In this document: positions 27,576-36,501 of the stretch, piece by piece | Layout of the letters: each line of letters begins with the position of its first letter | Position numbering within the stretch: position 1 is the first letter of the stretch | Assembly (NCBI GenBank): GCA_902567635.1 | Contig: CACFNV010000004.1 | Coordinates: forward strand, 1,483-65,482 | Source: an uncultured Alphaproteobacteria bacterium | Lineage (GTDB): Bacteria; Pseudomonadota; Alphaproteobacteria; Rhodobacterales; Rhodobacteraceae | DNA: 64,000 bases | Direction: 5' to 3' | The notes under the pieces: model-generated | Told to the model about the DNA's origin: nothing | What the model saw: the letters and a program-made list of their open reading frames with translations, nothing else | The model's database searches: none | Translations under genes and position numbers: made by a program

Positions 27576-27609
27576 AAAAAGCCTTGGCCAGATCTAAACA
27601 GGCCAAGGC
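27576..27609 (-). terminator. Intercistronic GC-rich hairpin with a U-tract after the binding-protein gene (attenuating terminator or mRNA stabiliser)
   Basis: On the minus strand the stem is GCCTTGGCC/GGCCAAGGC (9 bp, perfect) with an 11-nt loop. TTTTT follows, and the hairpin ends 3 nt before the livG ATG. Confidence 0.6.
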
Positions 27610-27625
27610 AATAAATTTAATGTTA

Positions 27626-28801
27626 TTATCTGAAAGCTACAGTTTCATTTTTGCCGCCTTTTACTTCAATTTGACGGTAGTTGCCTGCGCTCTCTCCAGG
27701 GCCAATTAGTTCAACCGCGGTGGCTCCAACGTAATCGATATCTTTTCCTTCCATAATTAAATGGAAAGCCTTTTTTAATTCGCCAGGATAGATTTTCTCT
27801 CCTGGAGCGTTGGCAATATCCATTATTTTACTTTTGTATTTTTGGCTGTCTGAAGATTTGGCAGCTTCCATTGCTAAAAGCATTAAAGCAGCAGCGTCAT
27901 AAGACTCTCCTGCAAAAGGACCTTTTTTAAATCCTGCAGCTTCAGCCATTTCTTCAAACTTCTTGTCTCCTGGGCTATCTGTACCAGGAACAGTACCAAT
28001 AGAACCATTTAATCCTGAGCCAATATCTTTAGGAAGCGATTCACCGATCATTCCATCAGGTAGGAAAAATTGATCGAATGCTCCAGCATCAAGAGATGCT
28101 TGAATTATACCTTTTCCACCAGAGTTCAAGTACCCCGCAACAACTAGAATATCTCCTCCAGCTTGCGCAAGTGCACCAACTTCTGCGCTATAGTCACCTT
28201 TATCATCTTCGTGTGGAGCGCTTATTGTTACTTTTCCGCCAGCGGCTTTATGGTTGGTTTCTATGCTAGCTGCTAAACCTTTTCCGTAGTCGTTATTCAC
28301 ATAGGATATGGCGATATTTTTTAGTCCCATATCTTTTAAAATATCAGCAACCACTTGACCTTGTCGAGCATCAGATGGAGCAGTTCTAAAGAAAAGATTG
28401 TTGTCTTCAACTGTAGATAAAGCAGGTGAAGTAGCTGACGGCGAGATCATAACAACACCGTTTGCCAAAGCAACCTGCTGAAGTATCGCAGTGGTAACGC
28501 CTGAGCAGTCAGCGCCCATTATACCATTGACTTTGTCAGAGGTAATTAATCTTTCTGCAGCAGCTGTAGCGGCTGATGAGTCGATACAAGTAGAGTCAGC
28601 TCTAACTGCAGATACTTTTCCTAGACTAAAATGATTTGATTTGTTTACTTCTTCTATTGCTAGCTCCGCACCAGCAGCCATGTCTGGCGTGAGACTTTCA
28701 ATTGGTCCAGTAAACCCTAAAATTATGCCTACTTTAACGTCAGAGAAAGACGCTGTGTTGAGCAAGCATAAAGCTAGGAGAGTTGTAAATAGTTTTTTCA
28801 T
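27626..28801 (-). CDS. Periplasmic substrate-binding protein, LivJ/LivK (type I PBP) family
   Basis: It has a signal peptide (MKKLFTTLLALCLLNTASFS) and the LIV-BP-like pattern GIILGFTGPIE...PSATSPAL...RTAPSD. A GGGAGA ribosome-binding site lies upstream. Confidence 0.85.
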   Translation of the reverse strand: MKKLFTTLLALCLLNTASFSDVKVGIILGFTGPIESLTPDMAAGAELAIEEVNKSNHFSLGKVSAVRADSTCIDSSAATAAAERLITSDKVNGIMGADCSGVTTAILQQVALANGVVMISPSATSPALSTVEDNNLFFRTAPSDARQGQVVADILKDMGLKNIAISYVNNDYGKGLAASIETNHKAAGGKVTISAPHEDDKGDYSAEVGALAQAGGDILVVAGYLNSGGKGIIQASLDAGAFDQFFLPDGMIGESLPKDIGSGLNGSIGTVPGTDSPGDKKFEEMAEAAGFKKGPFAGESYDAAALMLLAMEAAKSSDSQKYKSKIMDIANAPGEKIYPGELKKAFHLIMEGKDIDYVGATAVELIGPGESAGNYRQIEVKGGKNETVAFR

Positions 28802-28988
28802 ATCTTTCTCCCTAATATGTAATTGTAAATAGAATAAAAATTCTCTCGTTAAAGACCAGAGTATAAGGAAAATCGGTGATTCTTAAAATAACTAATTTTT
28901 ATATTGATTTTTTATCAAAACTGAGGCCAAGTCTTCATTTATAGCATGCTAGGCAATTAAGCTAAGTATCAGTTTTTGATAATAATAG

Positions 28989-29867
28989 GTGAAATTAAAT
29001 AATTCATATTTTCTTGGTTTATTAGCAGGTATATCTGTTGTATTCATTTGGTCTTTTTGGCTGGTGGTAACTAGGTCAGGAGTCGGTTCGACTCTTACCA
29101 TTTATGATTTTGCAGCTTTCAGATACGGGTTATCGTCTATAATTGCATTGCCGATAATATTATATTTTAAACCATGGCGAACAATTTCTCTTTTTAGAAT
29201 TTGCGTCGTGACGTTCCTATTAGGACCTGTATATATTTTATGTGTGTTCAGTGGTTTTATTTATGCCCCTGCCGCACATGGCGGAATTTTTATGAATGCT
29301 TTAATGCCTGTTATCACTCTATTTTTAGGTTTTTTTTTACTTAAACAAAGAGTTTATTTACAACAAGTCTTAGGAGCTGCTCTAATTTTATTTGGGTCTT
29401 TTTTAGTAGTTTTCGAGGGTCTCAATCTATCTTTTTCTAATACTTGGGTTGGTGATCTTTTATTTGTCACAGGTGCAATTTTCTTTTCAATCTATGTAGT
29501 TCTTAGCCGTCTTTGGAACATCACTATGACCCAATTACTCCTATGTGGATCTGTTTTAAATGCGCTTTTATATCTTCCAATTTGGTGGTTCTTATTACCA
29601 CACGGATATGTTGGAGTTCCACGGAATATTTTAGCCCTTCAAATGATATATCAAGGGTTTGTTCCCAATCTTATTGGTATATTTTTTATTACATATGCAT
29701 CTCAAAAAATTGGATCATCTTCTATTTCAGCTATATTATCTGGTGTTCCACCTATCGGGGCTATTTTGGGCTTAATAATATTAAATGAAACTTTAGGTTT
29801 TTATGGCTGGCTAAGTCTTTTCCTTATTACTCCTGGCATTCTTGCGGTAGTTTTAAAGAAAGGTTAG
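28989..29867 (+). CDS. EamA/DMT-superfamily transporter
   Basis: GTG start. The 292-aa protein has about 10 TM helices arranged as two EamA repeats. Confidence 0.75.
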   Translation: MKLNNSYFLGLLAGISVVFIWSFWLVVTRSGVGSTLTIYDFAAFRYGLSSIIALPIILYFKPWRTISLFRICVVTFLLGPVYILCVFSGFIYAPAAHGGIFMNALMPVITLFLGFFLLKQRVYLQQVLGAALILFGSFLVVFEGLNLSFSNTWVGDLLFVTGAIFFSIYVVLSRLWNITMTQLLLCGSVLNALLYLPIWWFLLPHGYVGVPRNILALQMIYQGFVPNLIGIFFITYASQKIGSSSISAILSGVPPIGAILGLIILNETLGFYGWLSLFLITPGILAVVLKKG

Positions 29868-29900
29868 CTTATTAAAATTAACAAATATGAGAAGATTACT

Positions 29901-31034
29901 ATGTTATTTGAAAACTTTAAAATTAAAAATGTTAAGTTAAAAAATAGGGTTGTAGTTTCCCCTATGTGCCAATATTCAGCGAAAGACGGTTATTCACAAG
30001 ATCATCATAAAGTTCATTATGGGCAGATGGCTATGGGGGGTGCGGGACTAGTATTTTTGGAGGCAACAGCTGTTACATCTCAGGGAAGGATAACAAACGG
30101 TTGTTTAGGGATTTGGAAAGATGATTTCCTTGAAGGCCTAGGTGAGTTGGCTAGAATTATTGAAAACTTTGGATCTACGCCTGCGATACAATTAGCTCAC
30201 GCTGGTCAAAAAGGCAGCATGCAGAGGCCTTGGCACGGGAACGGCCCTCAATCAAATGCTGATATAGAAAGAGGTGATGTTATATGGGAGCCAATAGCAC
30301 CATCTAGTAAACCATTAGACAAGGGATGGTTAAAACCAAGAAAAATGGAAAGTGTCGATTTGGTTGAAATAAAGAGAGCTTTTGTTTTGGGAGCTGAGAG
30401 AGCTTTAAAGGCTGGCTTTAAAGTTTTAGAGATCCACATGGCTCATGGATATTTATTGCATAGCTTTTTATCTCCTATATCGAATTTAAGAAACGATGAA
30501 TATGGAGGTTCTATTGAAAATAGAATGAGATATCCGCTAGAAGTTGTGAAAGCAGTAAGAGAAAAAATTGGAGTTAAAATTCCTTTATTTGTAAGAATAT
30601 CTAGTGAAGATGGTCTTGAGGGAGGGTGGACTTTGGATGACAGTGTAATCTTTTGTAGTGAGCTTAAAAAATTGGATGTAGATTTTATTGATTGTTCCTC
30701 AGGTGGAAATTCGCCGAAAGGAGCAACTGCTTCTGGCCAAAAAAAAGAAATGGGCTTTCAGGTGCCTTTTGCTGCTAGAATAAAAAAAGAAGTTGGAATT
30801 TCAACCCAGGCAGTAGGCTTAATTAGAAATTACAAATACGCAAATTCTATATTAGAAAATGGTTTAGCAGACCTAATTGCATTAGGAAGGCAACATTTAT
30901 TTGATCCCTTTTGGACAAATCATGCGATAGAAGATGCTAATCTAAATGATGAATTTAAAGAATGGCCTCAACAATATAAGTGGTGGTTAGAAAAATGGAA
31001 AAGAGCTTTAGAAAATAATAATGAAAAACCTTAA
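29901..31034 (+). CDS. NADH:flavin oxidoreductase, Old Yellow Enzyme family (YqjM/NamA-like)
   Basis: N-terminal motif: LKNRVVVSPMCQYSA. Also present: HAGQKG and the active-site region HMAHGYLLHSFLSP. Confidence 0.85.
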   Translation: MLFENFKIKNVKLKNRVVVSPMCQYSAKDGYSQDHHKVHYGQMAMGGAGLVFLEATAVTSQGRITNGCLGIWKDDFLEGLGELARIIENFGSTPAIQLAHAGQKGSMQRPWHGNGPQSNADIERGDVIWEPIAPSSKPLDKGWLKPRKMESVDLVEIKRAFVLGAERALKAGFKVLEIHMAHGYLLHSFLSPISNLRNDEYGGSIENRMRYPLEVVKAVREKIGVKIPLFVRISSEDGLEGGWTLDDSVIFCSELKKLDVDFIDCSSGGNSPKGATASGQKKEMGFQVPFAARIKKEVGISTQAVGLIRNYKYANSILENGLADLIALGRQHLFDPFWTNHAIEDANLNDEFKEWPQQYKWWLEKWKRALENNNEKP

Positions 31035-31042
31035 ATTATAAA

Positions 31043-32563
31043 ATGAATGTATTATTCGATAGATTATTTGATACTCAAAAAAACAAAAAAGTTTTTATCA
31101 AATATTTAGAAAATAAAGAACCTTTAACATACGATCGGTTTCTTAAAGAAATAAAAACCTCAGCAAGGTATCTACAAGAATTAGGTTTAAAGTGTGAAGA
31201 TCGTTTAGTAGTTCAAATAAACAAATCACATCACGTATTAACAATTTATGGTGCTTGCGTTCAGCTTGGTATAATTTTTATCCCTTTGAATACTTCCTAT
31301 ACTTATTCAGAGGTTAAATATTTTATAAATGACTCGAAATGTAAATTATTTATTTGTCAACCTGATATGGAAAAGGAAATTTTTCAAAATGATAAAGAGA
31401 GAAAGTTTATAACAAAAACTATTGCAAGTGATTATGAGGGTAGTTTCTTCGAAACCATTGAAAAATTAACACCTTTGGATTTTGTGGAAAAACGGCAAGA
31501 AAATGACATAGGAGCCATACTTTATACTTCTGGTACGACCGGCAGGTCAAAGGGAGCAATGCTGACACATAAGAATCTGCTTTCCAATGCAGAGACTTTG
31601 TCCAAATCTTGGAGGTTTACAGAAGAGGACGTGTTGCTTCATGCTCTCCCTATTTACCACACTCACGGACTTTTCGTCGCAACAAATATTGCGTTAATCA
31701 CAGGGTGTCAGATGATATTCCTAAAGAGCTTTAATAGCGAGGAAGTGATTAAAGCTCTACCAGATTCAACAGTTATGATGGGCGTTCCAACTTTTTATAC
31801 TAGATTACTCAAAGAAAAACAGTTTACAAAAAATTTAGTTGGAAAGATGAGACTCTTTATATCAGGGAGCGCACCATTACTGAGTGAAACTCATCAGGAA
31901 TTTGAGAGAGTAACCGGGCACCAAATTTTAGAGCGTTATGGAATGACAGAAACTAATATGATTGCTTCAAATCCTTATGATGGAGATAGAAGAGCGGGAA
32001 CAGTTGGCTTTGCACTTAGCGATGTAGATGTAAGAATAGTCTCATTATCTGGAAATAATTTATTTTTAAAACCAAACGAGATTGGTGTCATAGAAGTAAA
32101 AGGACCCAATGTTTTTGCTGGATACTGGCAGATGCCTGAGAAGACAAAAGAGGAATTTAGAAACGATGGTTTTTTTATTACGGGGGATATGGGATACTTG
32201 GATGAAAATAATTACTTGACGATAGTGGGTAGAAACAAAGACCTTATAATAACAGGAGGCCTGAATGTTTACCCAAAAGAAATTGAGTCAACTATTGACC
32301 AAATAGAGGAAATTGAAGAGTCAGCGGTAATAGGAGTTGAGCATCCAGATTTTGGAGAAGGAATTATAGCAGTTATTATAGAAAAAAAAGATGAGAATTT
32401 TGATAATTCAAAGCTAATTAAACATCTAAAGCTAAATCTTGCTTCTTTTAAAATTCCAAAAAAAATAATAAAGAAAAATAATTTACCAAGAAATTCAATG
32501 GGCAAGGTACAAAAAAATTTATTGAGAGATGAATTTAAAAATATTTTTAAAGGTAATTACTAG
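31043..32563 (+). CDS. AMP-dependent acyl-CoA synthetase (malonyl-CoA synthetase/MatB-like)
   Basis: The AMP-binding motif is LYTSGTTGRSKGAMLTH. Also present are YGMTE, the hinge GDMGYLDENNYLTIVGRNKD, and the C-terminal catalytic Lys context NSMGKVQK. Confidence 0.8.
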   Translation: MNVLFDRLFDTQKNKKVFIKYLENKEPLTYDRFLKEIKTSARYLQELGLKCEDRLVVQINKSHHVLTIYGACVQLGIIFIPLNTSYTYSEVKYFINDSKCKLFICQPDMEKEIFQNDKERKFITKTIASDYEGSFFETIEKLTPLDFVEKRQENDIGAILYTSGTTGRSKGAMLTHKNLLSNAETLSKSWRFTEEDVLLHALPIYHTHGLFVATNIALITGCQMIFLKSFNSEEVIKALPDSTVMMGVPTFYTRLLKEKQFTKNLVGKMRLFISGSAPLLSETHQEFERVTGHQILERYGMTETNMIASNPYDGDRRAGTVGFALSDVDVRIVSLSGNNLFLKPNEIGVIEVKGPNVFAGYWQMPEKTKEEFRNDGFFITGDMGYLDENNYLTIVGRNKDLIITGGLNVYPKEIESTIDQIEEIEESAVIGVEHPDFGEGIIAVIIEKKDENFDNSKLIKHLKLNLASFKIPKKIIKKNNLPRNSMGKVQKNLLRDEFKNIFKGNY

Positions 32564-33219
32564 TGAGTAGCTTAGAAAAAGTAAAAAAAGAAATTGAGGA
32601 TGCAGAAATTGTTTTTGGTAAAAAACAGGGAGTAACTAAGCTTATTGCTGTATCAAAAACAAAACCGATGGATCAAATTAAGAAAGTAATAGACAAAGGT
32701 CAAGTCCACTTTGGTGAAAACAGAGTACAAGAAGCACTAAGTAAGTGGGAGCTTGTAAAGGGCAATAGAAGAGATTTGAAAATTCATCTCTTAGGTCCTC
32801 TTCAAACTAATAAAGTAAAAAAGGTATTCAGTATCTTTGACTATATTCATAGTTTAGATAGGCTTTCTTTGGCGGAGAAATTATCCAGGGAGACCCAGGA
32901 GAGGGGATATTGTCCAAAAATATTTGTACAAGTGAACACAGGAAAGGAAGAGCAGAAATCAGGCATTTTTCCTGAAAATTTAAATAAGTTTATAAATTCG
33001 AGTCGAAAAACTTACGACTTAGATGTCATTGGTTTAATGTGTATACCTCCTCTAAATGAAAAATCTGAACAACACTTTAGTTTATTAAGAGATCTTGCAA
33101 ATGATAATGGCTTAAAGGAATTATCAATGGGTATGAGTGCTGATTATAAAATAGCGATTAAATACGATTCTACTTTTATTAGGGTTGGAACTGCAATATT
33201 TGGTGAGAGAGAAAAATAG
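32563..33219 (+). CDS. yggS: YggS-family pyridoxal-phosphate homeostasis protein
   Basis: The GTG start shares one nt with the preceding TAG. Motifs present are LIAVSKTKP (the PLP lysine), FGENRVQE and MGMSADY. Confidence 0.85.
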   Translation: MSSLEKVKKEIEDAEIVFGKKQGVTKLIAVSKTKPMDQIKKVIDKGQVHFGENRVQEALSKWELVKGNRRDLKIHLLGPLQTNKVKKVFSIFDYIHSLDRLSLAEKLSRETQERGYCPKIFVQVNTGKEEQKSGIFPENLNKFINSSRKTYDLDVIGLMCIPPLNEKSEQHFSLLRDLANDNGLKELSMGMSADYKIAIKYDSTFIRVGTAIFGEREK

Positions 33220-33220
33220 G

Positions 33221-34315
33221 CTATAAAATATGCCCGCTTTTTATTGCCTTTGTATGAAGGTAATTTTTATTTTTAGAGTTCGCTTTTACAATTAACGGAA
33301 TTCTTTTTGATACCTTTATTCCGTGCTCTGAAAGCAATTCAATTTTTCTTGGATTATTAGTCATTAATTTAATTTTGTTTAAATTGAGAGATTTAAGAAT
33401 TTGCGCTGCTATTGCAAGATCTCTCTCATCATCTTCAAACCCCAATCTGTGATTAGCTTCAACTGTATCAAATCCCATGTTTTGAAGATGATAAGCTCTC
33501 ATTTTATTTGCTAAACCTATTCCTCGCCCCTCTTGATTCAAATATAGCAAGACACCTTTCTCATGCTTTTGCATAGTCGAAATAGCTCCTTTAAGTTGCT
33601 CCCCACAATCGCATTTCTTTGACCCTAAAAGGTCTCCTGTAAAACAGGCAGAATGAATTCTAGTTATACAGTTATCTGAATTATAAGGGTCACCAAAAAC
33701 AATTGCATAATGCTCTGAAAGTTCTGTTAGATCCCTATAAACTTTCAGCTCAACTTCAGTTTTATTAGAAATAGGTAGCCTTGCAGAGCTTAAGTTGGAT
33801 AAAAGTTCGAAATGATAGCTTTGTTTGAAAAGATCTTTTACCGAGGCGTGAGATACTTGATTGCGAATTAATAAATTTTCTGATTCTTTTGAAATATTAA
33901 CTATTAAAGCTGCGGGTAAAAGTCTTGCCTTTTTGCAGAGATCAATAGCAATTTCAGCCAAAATACTATCACCTTCCCTAATGCTATTAAATGGTCCTTT
34001 GTATGGATAATTAAGGTCTTGAGCAGGATCTGCAGTCGCCTGTAGAAAATCAATGCTAACATTTTTTTCTATTCTTAATCTAGTAACCTTTTCATGATAT
34101 AAGCGCGCTTTCAAGACTTCAGCTCTGCGGTTTGTAATTACTAATTCAATATGCGCTTTTTCCGCAATATTTATGATTTCAGAGAATCGATTTTCCTGCA
34201 GAGTTTCAATGGCGATTACTATGGAATTTACACGGTCATTTTTCAAAATTATAGGTAACCCCAATCTTAAATCAGAAACCAATCGGGATGAGATCTCCGC
34301 TGAACTTAAATTCAT
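33221..34315 (-). CDS. ribA: GTP cyclohydrolase II with a ~160-aa N-terminal extension
   Basis: The zinc motif CFTGDLLGSKKCDCGEQL and EGRGIGLANKMRAYHLQ..GFDTVEAN are present. The N-terminal part looks like a degenerate DHBP-synthase-like domain. Confidence 0.85.
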   Translation of the reverse strand: MNLSSAEISSRLVSDLRLGLPIILKNDRVNSIVIAIETLQENRFSEIINIAEKAHIELVITNRRAEVLKARLYHEKVTRLRIEKNVSIDFLQATADPAQDLNYPYKGPFNSIREGDSILAEIAIDLCKKARLLPAALIVNISKESENLLIRNQVSHASVKDLFKQSYHFELLSNLSSARLPISNKTEVELKVYRDLTELSEHYAIVFGDPYNSDNCITRIHSACFTGDLLGSKKCDCGEQLKGAISTMQKHEKGVLLYLNQEGRGIGLANKMRAYHLQNMGFDTVEANHRLGFEDDERDLAIAAQILKSLNLNKIKLMTNNPRKIELLSEHGIKVSKRIPLIVKANSKNKNYLHTKAIKSGHIL

Positions 34316-34399
34316 AATTCTGCCTTAAAGTATTTTTCCAAGAAAGTTGTTATAGTGTAATGATAATGTAAAATAAACCAATGTTTTAAAAATTAAATT

Positions 34400-35083
34400 A
34401 TGAAAAGAAAATTGAATATAGGAATTCTAACTCAGTCAGCACTTTTCAAGAAAACCTTGAAGGAGATGTTAGAAAATTTAAATAAATTGAATGCAAGTGA
34501 TTTTTTGACTACTAAGGAGATAGAAACTGATTTAAAAAAATTGGATATTCTGATCGTTGATGATGAGCTTGAATATGTTAATGAGTTCGGTAATGCTAAT
34601 AGCTCATATAAACCCAACGAGGGGTTAATCCGTGTAATCATAAGTAAAAAAAAGATGACCAACCTGCCAGATAACGACGTAGGTTTAGTTAAGCCTTTTC
34701 GGTTTTTAGAAATGGCAAATATTTTTTATAAATTCTATTCCGAATTTTCAATAGGTAATAATTCTGAAGTAAAAAGGGGTAGGTTAAATTTTTATTTTAC
34801 AGATAAGTTATTAAGCTACGATGGAAAAAAATCAGTTTACTTAACAGATAAGGAAAGTGACATAATGATGGCCCTAATGAACAATAAGTATGAAGGGATA
34901 AATAAAGAACTCATTTTATATGAGGTTTGGGGTTTCAGCAAAAATATGTCTACTCATACCTTTGAAACTCATCTTTATAGGCTTAGGAAAAAAATAAAAG
35001 ATAATCTGATAAGCGGTGAATTAATCATAAATAAAAACAGTAATTATTTTCTAAACCCACATCTGCTGGACAATAACCTCTGA
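34400..35083 (+). CDS. OmpR/PhoB-type winged-helix regulator with an atypical receiver domain
   Basis: The C-terminus (LTDKESDIMMAL...HTFETHLYRLRKKI) is a trans_reg_C-like domain. The receiver keeps a candidate acceptor Asp (DILIVDD) and KPF. The N-terminal acidic pair is replaced (GILTQSA). Confidence 0.7.
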   Translation: MKRKLNIGILTQSALFKKTLKEMLENLNKLNASDFLTTKEIETDLKKLDILIVDDELEYVNEFGNANSSYKPNEGLIRVIISKKKMTNLPDNDVGLVKPFRFLEMANIFYKFYSEFSIGNNSEVKRGRLNFYFTDKLLSYDGKKSVYLTDKESDIMMALMNNKYEGINKELILYEVWGFSKNMSTHTFETHLYRLRKKIKDNLISGELIINKNSNYFLNPHLLDNNL

Positions 35084-35865
35084 TGCCAATATCAATAGCT
35101 TCATGGAATATTAACTCAATTAGACTTAGACAAAATTCAGTTAGAAAATTTTTAAAAACTGCGAACCCCGATATTTTGTGCCTTCAAGAAACAAAATGCA
35201 TTGATGAACTCTTACCCTTAAGTGTCTTTGAAAAGTTGGGGTATCAGTATGCGGCTAGTAGGGGACAAAAATCATATAATGGCGTTTTAACTCTTTCAAA
35301 AAGAGAAATAAAAAAGACAAGTTTCTTGGATATGTGTGGTAAAGGCGATGCTAGGCATGTTTGTATAGAACTAATGGATGGTTTGAAAATTCACAATTTT
35401 TATATTCCAGCAGGCGGAGATATTCCTGACACAAAATTAAATGAGAAATTTAACCACAAAATTAATTTTATTGAGGAACTAAAAGAAAAAATATTTTCTC
35501 ATCAGCAGAAAAAAACTGTCATTTTGGGAGATTTTAATATTGCTCCTCTACCAGATGATGTGTGGAGCCATAAGGCTCTTTTAAACGTAGTCTCACACAC
35601 AGAGCAGGAGACTACATTATTACGTGAATTGATGGAAAAAGGAAAATGGGTTGATGTTTTTAGAAAGCATTTTCCAAGTGGAAAGTTGTATTCTTGGTGG
35701 TCATATAGGGCTAGAGATTGGAAAATATCCAATAGAGGTAGAAGGTTGGATCACATCTGGGCCAGTCCTGATTTAGCAAAAAAATCTAAGGAGTGTAAAA
35801 TTTATTCAAACATAAGAGGCTGGGATAGGCCTTCTGATCATGTGCCAATATTATCTGTTTTTTAA
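35083..35865 (+). CDS. xthA: Exodeoxyribonuclease III (AP endonuclease)
   Basis: SWNINSIR, CLQETK, GDFNIAP, RLDHIW and SDHVPI are present. The ATG shares one nt with the regulator's TGA. Confidence 0.9.
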   Translation: MPISIASWNINSIRLRQNSVRKFLKTANPDILCLQETKCIDELLPLSVFEKLGYQYAASRGQKSYNGVLTLSKREIKKTSFLDMCGKGDARHVCIELMDGLKIHNFYIPAGGDIPDTKLNEKFNHKINFIEELKEKIFSHQQKKTVILGDFNIAPLPDDVWSHKALLNVVSHTEQETTLLRELMEKGKWVDVFRKHFPSGKLYSWWSYRARDWKISNRGRRLDHIWASPDLAKKSKECKIYSNIRGWDRPSDHVPILSVF

Positions 35866-36501
35866 ATTTTTATAATCTTCATCTAAATTAAATATTTGAT
35901 CAGAAACATATCCGTTTACTCTTAGATCACTCAAGAAAACCTCCGTAATTTCCCCAAAATTATTTTCCAACATCCAACCTGTAAGCTTAAGCGGATTTTT
36001 TTTAAACTTAAGAGTTAAATTATTTTTTTCTCCAGTTACCATATTTAATTTTAAAAATAACATATCCTCCGCAGTAGATATTTTTGTAAAAGATTTTGTG
36101 CTTAATTCAAGTTTATCTTTTAAAAGGTATTTAAATGGGCTGCCAGATATAGGATATGTAAGAGGTCCAGTCTTATTATTTTTGGGATCAAATATTAAGA
36201 CTGCTTGGATATGAGAGACAACTTCTAATTCGATTGGGGGGTCGTATGAAAACCTAAACTTACCAGGTTTTTTAAGAATAAAAGTACCCGTAGAAATTAA
36301 GCTTGAATCACTTTCCTGTACAAAGTCACTTTTCAAAGTTCTAATAGAGTTAAAGTAATCTTCAATTTTTAAAAGTTCCTTCTCATTGCCAAATAACTTA
36401 ATATTTGAGGTTGAAAGAAAAAAGAAAAATATCAACCCAACAACAATGTATAGAAAAAAATTGTATATTACATTTTTTTGATTTTTTCTTTTATATATCA
36501 T
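35851..36501 (-). CDS. lolA: Outer-membrane lipoprotein carrier protein LolA-like
   Basis: The N-terminus has a signal-anchor sequence. SDFVQ...TGTFILKKPGKFRF is the LolA core motif. The gene lies downstream of ftsK, a conserved synteny. Confidence 0.75.
   Translation of the reverse strand: MIYKRKNQKNVIYNFFLYIVVGLIFFFFLSTSNIKLFGNEKELLKIEDYFNSIRTLKSDFVQESDSSLISTGTFILKKPGKFRFSYDPPIELEVVSHIQAVLIFDPKNNKTGPLTYPISGSPFKYLLKDKLELSTKSFTKISTAEDMLFLKLNMVTGEKNNLTLKFKKNPLKLTGWMLENNFGEITEVFLSDLRVNGYVSDQIFNLDEDYKNLKNR

Noticed and set aside
28802-28988. A SAM-II/SAM-V or glycine riboswitch in the leader of the transporter/methyltransferase operon
   Set aside because: I wrote out the reverse complement and found no AAAGC triplex strand and no glycine-aptamer core (GGAGAG...CACCG...CUCAGG). 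Only CACCGA and CUCUGG fragments are present. The length of the spacer is kept as a separate low-interest observation.
34316-34399. An FMN riboswitch upstream of ribA
   Set aside because: The spacer is only 84 nt, is shared with a divergent promoter, and has none of the conserved RFN-element helices.
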